From the human T2T-CHM13v2.0 reference genome, Homo sapiens: a stretch of DNA of 64,000 nucleotides. Every line of letters starts with the position of its first letter. The first letter of the stretch is position 1. Location of the stretch: the NCBI RefSeq assembly GCF_009914755.1, contig NC_060928.1, one strand, 5' to 3'. A program made the translations under genes and the position numbers. Below are positions 15,445-30,059 of this stretch, piece after piece. The notes beneath the pieces were generated by a model. It was not told where the DNA came from. It worked only from the letters and a program-made list of their open reading frames with translations, and did not search any database.

Positions 15445-15650
15445 ATTTACTGAGTGCTTACCATGGTCAGGTACTATGCTAGATGTTTTATAAGCATTAT
15501 CTAATTTACTCCTCACAGCCACTCTGTGACTTAGATGCTATTATCATTCCCACTTCATTAGTAATTAAACGAAGGCTTGGGGAAATAAAGTCACTTGCTC
15601 AAGGTCACACAGCAAGTAAATGAGGAATGACCTCAGCTCAGACTGTCTCA
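15445..15650 (-). mobile_element. MIR
   Basis: atttactgagtgcttac...aagtcacttgctcaaggtcacacagcaagtaaatg. Confidence 0.85.
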
Positions 15651-15808
15651 ACTATACATTATATAAATTTTCTCTCTGTATGGAAAGAACAAAAGGAGAA
15701 AAACAGAATGAGAATGAAAAAGGAAAGCAATCTCAATTGGTAATCAACTAGAGATTGGAACATTTGGTCAGAGTCCTCACATTACCCATCTTTTAATTCT
15801 AAACAACA

Positions 15809-15981
15809 AGCGGCACTGTCTACATTTGTGGAGCTTAGTGCAAAATAAACATAGAGCATCCCTTGTTCAAAAATGATCAACTATTTTAAGAAGACAACAG
15901 CAGAGCATTAAACCAAGTGCAACCTTCTGAGAGCCAGCTCTGTGTGACCACACAGGTCATGAGCCCATGAAGCAGACCCTG
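15809..15981 (-). mobile_element. MER45A DNA transposon
   Basis: acagcagagcattaaaccaagtgc...cacaggtcatgagcccatgaagcagaccctg matches the MER45A reverse complement. Confidence 0.8.
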
Positions 15982-17894
15982 AGTGCAAGAACATGAAGCG
16001 CTCCATGTGATTATGATTACTACAAATTTCTCAGAATATCAAACAACCCTTTCTGTGATAACATCTTTTTTCTTGTCTTCCTCTCCTGTACTTAGCATTT
16101 TTGTACCAAGAGACAAAAAGACAAGCTCGAACCTTGGTGGTCATGATGTCTGAATACTGAAGCTGTAGTAAGTCTCCATAAAAGACTTCGTTTTCTTCCC
16201 CCAAATCAAGACATATTAGTCATAAATGGTACTGATCTTCCTTTCAAATTGGTTGTCACAGACACAGCTGGGAAATGCTGATAGATCATCTGATGAGGGT
16301 AAACCGGTTTCAAAGAGGCGAGCTTTGTCATTAGTGGAACAAATCAGTTATCCATCATTCCCTTCTAACTCCAAAATTGACCAGGCAGTCATAGAATGTC
16401 TCCTGCATTTATGTAGCTGCCTTTTACCCTCAGGATTTCTAACCAAAGATCTTATTTATACTTTAGAAAATGGAGACCATGGCACCAATTGAAAGCGTTC
16501 TAAAAAAAAAATAAAGCTCCCATCTATTTTCAGGCCACAACAATTCAGCAGCAGCTTAGTTGCTTTCTGCCTGGGCTGTTGCTGTAATCAGTAATTCTCA
16601 GACAGACATAAAACACTGTATTTTTGCTATGGATAATAGGCTGTTCATTCACTGAAAAGACTTCTATATTTTTTCATGTACTGTACAAAATGCTTCATTT
16701 CGACTAGAATCAAAATGACAAATCCTTTTACATCAGAGTTTTGCTGGCTGCCTCAGGAAGCTGAAAAATACTGTCACTAGAGAATAACTGGACGGATTTT
16801 AAGAAGCCCAGGATAGGGAAAAGGCACAGGAGACATGATTGCCCTCCCTTTTCATTCTGTACCAGACACTGCAAAGGTTATTCAAGTTAAAAAGATCAGT
16901 CTGTAAGCTTTGATAACTCCACATTCAAAAATGATGCCCCAAATTACTAGAATGTTAAATCCCTATGTAAGAAGGCCACATGAAGATGCAGCATAAGAAT
17001 GAGTCATCTTGAGGACTTCCAGGAAGTCCTTAATTTTAAACTGGAGAAGCCACTTGAACTGGGAATAGGGGAAAGACATTCAATATGCTGATTCTCTAGC
17101 AATTTCTGGGGCTGCTGCCTCATTAAAGGCTATAAAAGCCACTTTGCAAAAATGCAGAAAGCCAGCCTGCTTCCACGGTGACTGAGAGCCCCAGCTGCCT
17201 TCCTTTTGGAATGTGAAAAACAGTATGCATTTTGAAGTGAAAAGAGATTCTCCTCTCCTTTGCAGACTTTCAACATGCCTGGAAATATGTCAAGAAATTC
17301 TGCCTTATAGGGACGACTAGGCTATTTGAATCAAAATCTGTTTTGTCTTTGTAGGAAATGAGAACAAGGACAGGTAAAATCAGCGTGGATTTTTAATTTG
17401 AAGAATTCACCAGTATTAGGGCAACTGCATCCAGCAAAGGAAATCACTAGAATGAAGATTTAGGGTAGACTTCCTGCCGCCTGTGTTTATCGCACAGATC
17501 AACGCACACAAGCCATGGAGTATGATGCTGGGGAAGTAGCTGAAGCCATGTATATATTTATATCTCCAAGCAAAGCCAACCCCTCCTTCAAAGAAAGTGA
17601 ACAAATGGGTAATTTATTAGACCTGGACATGTAACAGATAATGTATCTGAATACAGATATATCAATTTTTCACTACTCTTGTATTTTTCAGGCAGCCAAT
17701 GATATGTTTGGAAACCACTAATCTTTTTTTTTTTTTCAATTTACTTCTATTACCATTGCCAACTAATCTGAGCTTGGAGAGAAAGAGAACAGCATTATTT
17801 TAACTAGGGTGGGGAAATGTTTATTTTAAAAATAAATATGTTGATCTGTTTCTGTTAAAATATTTCCTTGTTTTTCTTCAAAATGTTAAGTTGG

Positions 17895-18110
17895 GAAACA
17901 GATGAGCTTTGAGGTTAGGTAATCCTATATGGAATCCTGCCTCCATCGGGTTAATAGTTAACTCCAAACCTCGTTCTTTCCTCTTTTATAAAGCAGAGGA
18001 AATAATACTACCTAATTCATGTGTTGTGAAGATTAAATAAGATAATGTATGTAAGACACCCAGCACAGGCCTCACACATAAAAGGTGTTAAACACACTAT
18101 GGTTCCTTCT
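17895..18110 (+). mobile_element. MIR
   Basis: gttgtgaagattaaataagataatgtatgtaa...cagcacaggcct. Confidence 0.75.
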
Positions 18111-18519
18111 CCCACTCCCCTCCCCTTCCCCTCATCAAGTCACTGGAATTACTACTTGGGGCGGCCTCCTCTTGCTTGCATGCTAATGATTGCCTGAAGG
18201 TGGTTTGAGAGCAATTTTAACAATCTCAAGTTATTCTACTTGTTAGTGTAGTTACAGTGAATAATAAATACAACTTGTTAATCATTCTGGACAGTTTCTG
18301 CATTGGAAAAATCACACTGGCAGCTTTGCATAACAAAAGGTTAAACTATAAGCCTCAAAGGAAATAAATAATGCTTGATAATTCAGATCAAAATTCAGTA
18401 TTTTATACTTTTGCCTTTCAAATGAGTCCCATTGAAGTGCCTGCAATTGCCTTCTACCAACATTTAATTCATATTTCTCTCTAACAGGTAGTAGTAAAAT
18501 TGCAAGATCTTCCCTCAAA

Positions 18520-18745
18520 AATAGTGAAACCTCCGGCCCTGGGACCAGACCACCTGGGTTGCAATCCCAGCTTCTTTACTTAAACTGTGTGAGCTTGACA
18601 AATGACTGATCCCTTTCAAGAGTTGGTTTCCATAACTTTTAAATGAGGATGACAATAGCATCACTTTCATCGTACCAAGTTACTGTTAGATAAATTTATA
18701 AGCACACAGAACAGTATCTGACACAAGAGTAAGGGCTTAAATAAC
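18520..18745 (+). mobile_element. MIR
   Basis: cctgggttgcaatcccagct...tgtgtgagcttgacaaatg...gcacacagaacagtatctgacaca. Confidence 0.7.
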
Positions 18746-19210
18746 TTTTTTTTCCAATCCAACTAACACATCGGTTGGGATTCTTTCTGGGAATGAGGGC
18801 ATTGGATGACTCTCTTCAAATAGAATGTTATCACCATTTTCCTGAGAAGGTGAATTTCTCCATCTGTGGCTCTACAGGGTCCTGGAAAACTCTAGTTAGG
18901 AAATGGAGAGGGGAAAGTGGGACTGAAGATATCCACAGATCTGCTCCAGCTTGGGTCTGGAAGGCATACCCCACACATATATACACACACAAATACTTTA
19001 GACCACTGCCTCCTCATAGAGAAAAGGAATTTAAGGAGAGATTAAGTGACTAACTCAAAATCCATATTCGCTTTCAACTTGAAAAAAAAAAAAAAAAGAG
19101 TATCAAGTATTTAAGTTAGCCCATTTACTAATGATGATTTCCAAAACAGGGTTAAATGAAAAAGAAGATATCCTCTGATTTCTAGGTCAAAGTCAGGTGA
19201 TTTAGCACTG

Positions 19211-19362
19211 TCCTTCTCAAACTTTATGCATAGGAATCACCTGCGTTAAAGTACAATTTCAGATTAAGTAGATTGGGTGGGCCTTGATATCCTGCATTTC
19301 TAACAAGCTCCCAGGCAATGGCAATAAGATGGCTCCCACGGACCACACTTTGAAGAACAAGG
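19211..19362. mobile_element. MER5 hAT element
   Basis: ttctcaaact...gaatcacctg...ctgcatttctaacaagctcccagg...gaccacactttgaagaa. Confidence 0.8.
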
Positions 19363-19507
19363 ATTCAGAGACCCACTCCAATACAGTCTGTTAGTGTGGA
19401 CCAACACTTGCAAATTCCTCTTTCCTAAGAAAAATCAGCCCAATACCCAAAGAAAAATGGCCTGTGCAAACACTTGGCTAGAAGGATTACTTACTTTGGG
19501 CTTTTGA

Positions 19508-20360
<853 letters not shown>

Positions 20361-21254
20361 TGAAGCGTGCTGCAGTATTACTTGGAATTAAAAATCATGC
20401 CACAGTGAAAACAGGAACAAATCAAAACTATAATAATCTTTCTAACTTAAGATGAAAATGAACACTTGACATGGGAACACTTATCAGCGGGCTTTAGTTA
20501 GAAGTTAATGGTGGACCACCTTCTCTACTAGAAAAACAGGTAAATCAGTGTCCTTGTGATAAGGCATTATAAGAGGAAAAGTAATAAAGTCCTTAACATG
20601 AGAATGATAATTCCAAACAGTTATATCATTACTGAGTTGCTTTGGAGTATGGGAAAGTAAATGCTTTTGCCATTTGGTCAATGGGGTATCACAAATTAGT
20701 TTTTCTATCAAAATTACCTTTCCTAACGGATGCACCTGAATAAATGCATACCCATCCAAATGTGCACCTGGAGGATTTTGAACAGAATGCTGCCAAGCCA
20801 GGACTTCTGCTATCAGTTCCAATAAATGCAGATGCATCCCTGAGTGAACATCCAGATATTCATATTGCTTACATCACACATTCATTGTTCCTGGAATCCA
20901 TGTTCTCCCAGAAGACTCAAATGAGCACCAATGCAAGTACATCACAAATCACAAATGTACGACAAGCCTGCATGCGATGCTTTTGCGCTGTGTTACACTC
21001 TCTAAGGAATATCCTACACCAGCAGGAGGGAGTTAGGGGTAGTCAAGGAGAAGGGAAGGAGCCTGGAGGCACTGGCCCGGCAGGAGCAGAACAACTGGCC
21101 ATGGTTATAGTCAAGCTGTGTAACACCTCAATCATATGGGACCTGAACGTGATTTCAGGAATAATCCCACTACTGGTCAGGCATTCTCCATGGCCTGCTC
21201 TGCTCCTCAGCATAACACGCTTTGTAAACAAACAAACAAACAAACATACTTTAT

Positions 21255-21730
21255 ATGATTTCCCATTACAATTAAAGTAAAACCCAGTCATTTTCATGGG
21301 CTACAAAGCCTACAAATCCTACTTAACTTATAGCCACACTGGCCTTCAGGGTCTTCCAGAAAACACCACGAATATCCTTTCTCAGGGCCCTTGTAGGATC
21401 TGTTCCCACAGCCAGGAAAGCATCCAAAAACATCCACATGCCTCATCCCCTTACTTCATTCAGGTCTCTGCTCAAATGTTGCCTTACTTTCCTAGCCCAC
21501 CTAAGGCAGAACCCATGTGACTCCATCACCTTACCCTGCATCATGGTTCTTCATGGCAATGTCACTGCCACTGCCTGACATGACACTCCAATATGCTCAT
21601 TCAGTGCCTGTCTTCCCACTAGGATATGGCTGGATCTTGTTCTCTTTTATTCACTATGGCACCCTTCAGATCTAGAAACATCAGGCACACATGAGGTACT
21701 CAACAAGTATCTGCTGAACAAATGAATGCA
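21255..21730 (+). mobile_element. L2a 3' fragment
   Basis: ctcagggccctt...caggtctctgctcaaatgt...ctcaacaagtatctgctgaacaaatgaatg. Confidence 0.8.
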
Positions 21731-22317
21731 TAGATGCATTTAATTTTTTAATGTAAATTAGAGGAGCTATATTGGCTTTCTTTGAATATTTTACCAGAAG
21801 AGTGGCTATAGGTTTATGCTTATTTTGTAGGCATGCACTTCATTACTAAAAGATACATTTTTCAAGCCAAAAGAATGAGAAAAAAGATGATACAGATATT
21901 AGTGCATCAAACAACGCACTGGAGAAAAGAGAAGGAAATAGAGCAGAACCAGGTCGCCCAAGAACATGGCGAAGATAGAGAAGCCTAAATGATGGAATAA
22001 ATAAGCAATTTGGAGGATCACAGGAGGGACCAAATAAATGCCCTGATTACAAAATTTCTTTTCCAAGTTGGTGCTCAGTGAATGCTGAATAAAAAGGATA
22101 ATGGTAATGTAGTATAGGTTATACTTGGTGAATCCTCAAACTCTGCATAGCTCAGACCATGAATTGAAAAAAAAAGTTTTTTTCACAAGGAAGATTACCT
22201 TACAAATACAGTTTTAATAACCAATAGTTGGATATTCTTAACATCATGATTTTTCAGAGGACCCTGTATTCCAGTTATAGGTGACAATTTTTATTTATTC
22301 AATCATAAGCCATAACT

Positions 22318-22620
22318 TGGGTCATAAACTTCAATGCCCATAGGAGTCAGGTAGGCAATGTAAATGAGGGAAACGAGCAGCACACAGGCTGGGGCCACCT
22401 GGAGGTGGAGTGCCATGTCCCTTCCAATGGGATCAGGGCTACTCAGCTCCAGCCAGATGAGCACCCGGGTTGCTGGGAAACCTGGGCTTTCTGGTAAGAT
22501 CTCTCAATTTTTATTGTTGGCAACTAAATTCAAGCATCATATAGAAATCATGTAGAAATCATATAGAAATCATGCAAACAAAATAAATCATGCAAACAAA
22601 ACACATTTAGAGCCACCATC
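22318..22620 (-). mobile_element. MER102-like hAT element
   Basis: gggtcataaacttcaatgccc...tgttggcaactaaattcaa...aaacaaaacacat. Confidence 0.6.
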
Positions 22621-23265
22621 AGTCTTCAAATTTGTAATTTCTGATAAACTACTCAAATATAAAATCCAACTGGAAGGACAGAAGCAATATGTCTACTTTC
22701 TAATTATCTGACCAAATTCTAGAAAAAATATTTGCTGTCTACACCAATCCAGGTCTTTGTTAGCTTTAAATGAGGGAAACTAAGGAAAATCTGAAATATT
22801 CGAGGCAAAAGATAGCCACTAAGGGCTTTGTAAATGAAACATTAATAATGAAATGACTTCAATTTTATCCATAGACTATTAAGGCTATATGACTTAATAA
22901 TTTAGTTGTCAGGTATTTGTTAAATAACAAGCTTCCAACCAACACACAAAGTACTTAAAAAGAAAAGTATTTGTCTGGCAGATTTACTTTCAAATCTATT
23001 AGTCTAACTAAAAAACAAGCCTACAACTAACATACAAAAACACAGACAGTTAGTATTTATGAATTTAACATTTGTGGTTTCAAATGCAAGTGAACCTTAA
23101 AGGGCCATGTCTTGCAAAGATCAGTCAGCTTGTTGAGGATGGACTTGGTGAGTGAATCTAGCAACTGCCTAGCACACTAGCAAACTAGCATCTCTCTGCA
23201 GCTTTGTTTTTTTTCTATTTCTCATCACATACACAAAACAATTTTTACTAAATATCTGAAAGAGG

Positions 23266-23577
23266 GGCCAGGCATTGTGGTTCCTGCCTGTAATCCTAGC
23301 TCTTCGGACTGGGAGGCCAAGGCAGGTGGATCACTTGAGCTCAGGAGTTGAAGAGCAGCCTGGGCAACTTGGCAAAACCCTGTCTCTACAAAAAAATACA
23401 AAAAAAATTATCCGGGAGTGGGGACATGCAACTGTACTCCCAACTACTCAGGAGGCTAAGGTGGGAGGATCACCTGAGTCTGGAGAAGTCAAGGCTGCAG
23501 TGAGCCATGATTGTGCCACTGCACTCCAGCCTGGGTAACATAGTAAGACCCTGTCTCAAAATAAAATAAAGTAAAAT
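23266..23577 (+). mobile_element. AluJ
   Basis: Diverged full Alu with gtcaaggctgcagtgagccatgat (J diagnostic). Confidence 0.93.
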
Positions 23578-24299
23578 AGGTTCATTTAATTTTTTAATCA
23601 TGCTTTACCGCCCTCTGTGATCAGATTTAAATGTTACCACAGTGATAGCATATTGGGAGGTTCACAAAATTATTGGCATGTTTTCCTTATTAATGCCAAG
23701 GTATGCCTCACCTATTGACATCCAGTGAAAGCAACCCTTAACTTCACAAAGACGCCCAGTGCCAGGAGGCATTCCCACCCTCCCCAGCTCTGTCTCCACC
23801 TAGTTTCACTTGTCTTCGTCCCTGGCTATGAGCCATCTCCACTTGCATATGTGCCCTGGTTCCTACTCCCCACTCATCAAGTCTGACAAAACTCAGCTGT
23901 CTCTTTCTTGGCTTCCTAGCTCAGCCTGCAGGCCTGGTGGGATGCTGTATCATTTTGAGTCCAGTTGTAGATGACAGATACTATGATAGCTAGTTTAAGC
24001 AAAACAATATTTTATTGTCAGGTATTAAATGCTTAACACAATCACTAAAGAAAAAGGCATAAACTAAGCTAAGCTTCCAGGAACAGCTTCCATCATCATA
24101 CATTCTTTCCTGTGATCTAAAAAGCTCCTCTGTCCAATGCTGAAAGTAGAACCATACCTCCTGCACCAGGACAGGAAGAACCCTGGAGCATGCAGGAAGC
24201 CAGTGAATCAGGAAGTTAGGACCTCACACCTCCCTTCTTGCTCCTCACTGGTGGTTCAAGTCCCTCACTGGTGGTTCTTAAAGGTGCAGTCACCTTACT

Positions 24300-24800
24300 C
24301 TATGTAGTATTTGACTCATTCTCCTGCCTAAAAGCCTCCCATGGCCCCACGTGTCTGTTGTAAATCCCTCAGGCAATCATATACAGCTTCTTTACAATCT
24401 CTATGTACCCTCTTGGCCACAGAACACTTTTCAGATCCACAAGCACCCTCCCCCTGTGTTGTATCTCCTGCCTTTTCATACTCTGTCCCTTGTCTGGAGT
24501 GGTCTCTGCTATCTTTCTTCATCCTCCAAACTCCTACTTATTCCTTCAAAAACGACTTTAAATGCCACTCCCACTGTGAAAGTACCTCAAGCTGACATGG
24601 TCAATGCTCCCCTTCACTTTCTTGCCTGCTCTTAGAACACTTAATCCATAGCGTTATACTGGGAATTCTAGACTCCAAGTATTTTCTTACACGTATGACT
24701 CCTTTATTTTACTGTGAATGGGAATCATGACTTTTAAAAGCATACCTTTTTAAATCCTAACTCTTTGGACTAACTCCACATAAAGCTATACTAAATAAAT
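24300..24800 (+). mobile_element. L2 fragment
   Basis: Pyrimidine-rich L2-like body, highly diverged. Confidence 0.5.
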
Positions 24801-25211
24801 GATCAGTGTAGCAGCCAGGTTTGTGGCATTTCCAACCAGGAAAAAAAAAATCCAAATTCCTAAATAAATCAAGACAAGCTATTTCTCAGGCACACATTTT
24901 TAAAATTCAGTAAACTTTCAGAATATGCAAATGACAATAAAGCTTCACTTCAGCACATTAGAGTGACAGTTACAAGAAAATGACATAAAACTGCTCCCTG
25001 AGGAACCATCTCAAGATAGCATTAGATACTCAGGGTTGTCACTATGAAGGGTACCATCTAAGTCATATTTTTTCAGCTTTAATAACAAAGATGGGACAGT
25101 TACCAGTATTTTTCATTATCGTCTTTGCCTTCAGAACTTTATTTGGCCTGGCCCTGAAAGCAGTAAAGAATTTGTTTTGAATGTTAAGCACATGACAGCA
25201 GAGGGCTACTG

Positions 25212-26108
25212 GGTTTTAAGCAGATATGTACGAGGATATGGATTTGTAGTCCATGGGGCCCCACCTTCCCCAGGATATCAATGGAGCTGCTCCATCCCTG
25301 AATTTTCCTTTGTGAGCAATAGCCCTATCCCAGGTCCTCAACACAGGATGAGCTGCTTGCTCAAGATCCATTCAGTCTCAGAGTCTGTCTCCGATGCTGG
25401 GGCCCATCAGAGCTTTTAGAGTCCATGAGAACCCTGAGGCAGGTGGGAGAAGTCAGGGCACTTCCACACAATTAATATTGTTGGAGTTTCCCCAGGCATA
25501 TAGTATTGTAGGGAAGTGAGACAGTCATGTTACTCTGCATACTTATAGGAACAACTCTGGGTCAAATTAAGGTCCAAGCAAAGTCCATTGCCAGTTCTGC
25601 AGGGCAGAAAATCATTCGTCATCGCCAGTAAAAAATTTTCCACTTTCTGGCTTCTGCATGTATTCAGCTAGTCAAGTGTCAGCACAGAGCCCCGAAGTCA
25701 CATGCTTTGCGGCTTACATTGTGACAACTGCATTTCTAAGCCTATGGTTGCAGGCAAGACAACATTTGTAATTGTCTTGTTGGTTCAGGGTAAAACAAAT
25801 ACACATTTAGATCACAACAGATAAATGCTTCCTCTGAATTAATCACACAAGGGAGGGCAGAAAACACACATCTATCAGGGAAATTGAATCTCATAGTGGC
25901 AAACCCACAAAGAAAACAGAATTTCTTGAAATAGAAGGAAATCGTAGAATATTAACGGTATCCTTCAAGTGGGAGCCCTTATTAGGAAACAAGTCCATAA
26001 ATGGCAGCAAATAGATAAAGCTAACTGAGAATGCCTGAAGGTTAATGGTTTTAAGCAGACATGTATGAGGATGTGGATTTGTAGTCCATGGGGCCCCACC
26101 TTCCCCAG
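25212..26108 (+). repeat. 62-bp direct repeat pair (25212-25273 and 26047-26108)
   Basis: ggttttaagcaga.atgta.gaggat.tggatttgtagtccatggggccccaccttccccag twice, 59/62 identical. Confidence 0.95.
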
Positions 26109-26811
26109 TCTCAGAGTTGTGTTTCCAGCAAATCCCTCTCACCCCAGCTAGTAAGACCATACTGATTACAGGGCCAGTATAATGTATTTTAAAATTTAAC
26201 TTTTGCAGGCCCACTGTATGCTTGGTATGGAAGACCATGAAACCCACTTCCATATCCTACTAGCAGGAGAGAGAAGCGTAAGGCCTCTTGGTGGAAGCTC
26301 CTCACTATAGAAACCATAAGTACAATTTTTCCCTTTTCTTCTAACAAATACATTTTCTTCTGCACATACAGTGTTGCTCTGTTCACAGCAGAGCTGGTTA
26401 AGTTCGACTATGGTGCAGAGCAGGGAGAGGATGGAGAAAACAGATTTTGTAACAAAGCAGGCTGTATACAGAATTACTACCTAAACCCAGTACTAGCCCT
26501 TATAGTGGAAGGTGAGCAGAATTATTAAATTATTAAAATTATTAAATTATTACATAATCTCAATGTTAGCTGAGCAAGCACACCAAGGGAATCCAGAAGA
26601 AGGTACAAAGAGTCCTTTACTTCAAGTTGGAGTCGTTTGTCTAACTATTCTGAGTAATTTTCCTGGAGGTTAACAGGAAGGGGTCTTTCAATTTAGATGC
26701 CTTCAGGAATGACTGCATATGATGGTCTACAAGGAAAAATCCCCTCTCCTTTGGGTTCTCACCCCTTTCTTTTACTTTCCTTACTTTCCCTTCTCTTCCT
26801 TTCCCTTCTCT

Positions 26812-27205
26812 ATTCTCATAGGTCCAGTTCTCCAGGAAACAGACTGTAAGATGGAGATCTGCATTCAGAAACTTTGTAGAGAAGTGCTTAAAGAACCACA
26901 GCTGTGAAGGATAAGAGAAACAGGCCTGAGCAGAAGGAGAAGTTGCACTTGATTGCAACAGAAGCTTCAGCCAACTCCACAAGGAACTACCAAGCCGGGA
27001 TGACCCTTCAGTAATGCCTACGATGAGTCCTGGCAGTGCCAACTTGATTAGAGAAGGGTTGTAACCTTGGGCTAAGCAGCTGCCTTCAAGCAAGGGCAAC
27101 TTCTGACAGAGGACTCAGCTGTTCGCCTTCAGCAGCCAGCGCACTGTTAGCATCTGGAGACTGAGTAATTCAGTTCTGAGAGGAAAATCTCGGTGACCCA
27201 TCACA
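26812..27205 (-). mobile_element. LTR16C-like ERVL LTR
   Basis: ccaggaaacagactgtaagatggagatctgc...gcagaaggagaagttg. Confidence 0.7.
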
Positions 27206-27489
27206 GCTCCATTTGCTTTCCTCACTTCTCCCTTCCCTTTCCTTCCCTTCTCTTCTTTTCCCATGACCCAGAGCCCTTACATTCCTTTGATCTCCTTTCC
27301 CCAGTGTCCTGGTTCTTATTCCCTTTGGTTTATGAGACAAGTTTGTAAAAACTCCATCCCATCTAGCTCCACTAGGATGGGGTAAGCCTACAAGACAATC
27401 AACCTTTCACAGTGATAATATGTAATTTCTCTTAGCAGATCTGCAGTAAATATTCAAAAGAAAATTATTCTTTTTACAAGACTGTTCAC

Positions 27490-29530
27490 TCTCACAACTC
27501 CTATTCGACATAATATTAGAAGTCCTAGCCAGAGCAATCAGGCAAGAGAAGGAAATAAAGGGCATCCAAATATGAAAAGGAAGTCAAACTATCTCTCTTC
27601 ACTGACAGTATGACTCTATACTTAAAAAACTCTAACAACTCTGCCAAAAAGCTCCTTGAACTGATAACTGACTTCTGTAAAATTTCACGTTACAAAAACA
27701 ATGTACAAAAATCAGCAGCATTTCTATACACCAATAATGTTGAAGCTGAGAGCCAAATCAAGAATGTAATTCCATTTACAATAGCCACACACAGAAAAAA
27801 TAAATTATCTAAGAATACATCTAACCAAGGAAGTGAAAGACCTCTATAAAAACTACAAATCACTGCTGAAAGAAATCACAGATAACATAATAGAAAACCA
27901 TTCTATGCTCATGGACTAGAAGAATCAATATCATTAAAATGTCCCTGCTGCCCAAAGCAATCTACAGATTCAATGCTATTGTTACCAAATGACCAATGTC
28001 ATTTTTTAAAGAATTAGAAAAAACTATTCTAAAATTCATATGGAACAAAAAAGAATAGCCAAAGATATTCTAAGCAAAAAGAACAAAGCTGGAGGAATCA
28101 CATTATCTGACTTCAAACTACACTATAAGGCTACAATAACCAAAACAGCATGGTACTGGTACAAAAACAGACACATAGACCAATGGAATAGAATACAGAA
28201 CCCAGAATTAAAGCTGCACACCTACACCCATCTGATCTTCAACAACATCAACAAAAATAAGCAATGGAGAAAGAACTTCCTATTCCATAAATGGTGCTGG
28301 GATAGCTGGCTAGCCATATGCAGAAGAATGAAACTGGACCCCTACATTTTACAGTAAACAAAAATTAGCTCAAGATGAATTGAAGATTTAAATGTAAAAT
28401 CTCAAACTGTAAGAATCCTACAAAAAAACATAGGAAATGCCATTCCGGACATTGGCCTTGGGAAATAACTTATGACTAAGTCCTCAAAAGCAATTGCAAC
28501 AAACAAAAACAAACAAGTAGTAGGTACCTAATTAAACTAAAGAGCTTCTGCACAGAAAAAAAGAAAATACCAACAGTATAAACAGAAAACCTACAGAATG
28601 GGAGAAAATAGTAGCAAACTATGTATCTGACAAAGATCTAATATCCAGAACCTGTAAGGAACTTAAACAATTCAGCAAGCAAAAAACAACCCCATTAAAA
28701 AGCGAACACAAGACAGGAACAAACATATCTCAATAGAAGACATGCAAGCAGCCAACAATCATATGACAAAATGGTCCACATCACTAATCATCAAAGAAAT
28801 ATAAAGCAAAAACGCAATGAGATACCATCTCACACCAGTCAGAATTGCAATTATTAAAAAGTCAAAAAATGAGATGCTGGTGAGGCTTCAGAAGAAAGGG
28901 AATGCTTACACACTACTGGTGAGAATGTAAATTAGTTTATCCACTGTGGAAAGAAGTATGGAGATTTTTCAAAGAACTTAAAACAGAACTACCATTTGGC
29001 CCAGCAATCCCATTACTGGGTATATATCCAAAAGAAATTAATCATTCTACCTAGAAAACAAATGCTCTTGTATGTTCATCACAGCACTATTCACAATGGC
29101 AAAAATATGGAATCAACCTAGGTGCCCATCAATGGTAAATTGGATAAAGAAAATGTGGTACATATACACCATGGGATACTATATAGCCGTAAAAGAGAAT
29201 GAAATCATGTTCTTTACAGCAACTTGGATGCAGCTGGAGGCCATTATCCTAAGCAAATTAATGCAGCAACAGAAAACCAAATACTGCATGTTGTCACTTA
29301 TAAGTGGGAGCTAAACACTAGGTACTCATTGGCATAAAGATGGGAACATTAGACACTGGGGACTACTACCGAGGGGAGAGAGGGGAAGGAGGTGGAAGGG
29401 CTGAAAAACTATCCATTGAGTACTAAGCTCACTACCTGGCTAAGGGGACAATTTGTACCCCAAACCTCAATGCCATCCAATATACCCATGTAACTAACCT
29501 GCACATGTACCTCCTGAAACTAAAATAAAA
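27490..29530 (+). mobile_element. 5'-truncated L1 (L1PA15-16/L1PB class)
   Basis: ORF2 peptides [36 protein letters not shown]; 3' UTR ...aacctgcacatgtacctcctgaaactaaaataaaa. Confidence 0.93.
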
Positions 29531-29829
29531 TTTTTAATTTATTTAAAATTTTTGTTTAATGAAAGTTGTGATTTTTGTCTAAAGTCCACACTACCAAATG
29601 GGTATCATACCTTACCTTACCCTTAGTATGTGCCATGGCCCCAGTAGGAGCATTAATCTAAAAGTTTCCACTACTTCTGCCTTAAGACAAGAAACTATAT
29701 GTTCTCTTTGGATTGCCGTAACTTTGCATGTGCCATGATCATGGTTAAAGAAAAATAAATGTTAACACATTAAAGTGTCTTAAGTATCTTAACCGAATCA
29801 AAATATGAAAAGTAACAATATTATAACAG

Positions 29830-30030
29830 GTCTTATATATAAAGCATATGCTAAGCTCTACTGCTGCATACTTCAAATACACCGTTATCATCTAATATTT
29901 ACAACATCCTTACAGGATTATATTATCCCCATTTATAAGTAAGAAAACAAGAAACTTAGAGAAGCTATGAACTTGCCTGAGATCACACAGGTAGGAAGTG
30001 CTAAAGTTGGATGTGGAAGAAATGATTAGC
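29830..30030 (-). mobile_element. MIR
   Basis: tattatccccattt...acttgcctgagatcacacagg. Confidence 0.75.
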
Positions 30031-30059
30031 TGTCACTAGAATCCATATATCTCATCCAT

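Noticed and set aside
20744-21280. 178-aa ORF in unique DNA
   Set aside because: No recognisable domain or splice structure, and it runs through a (CAAA)n repeat into L2.
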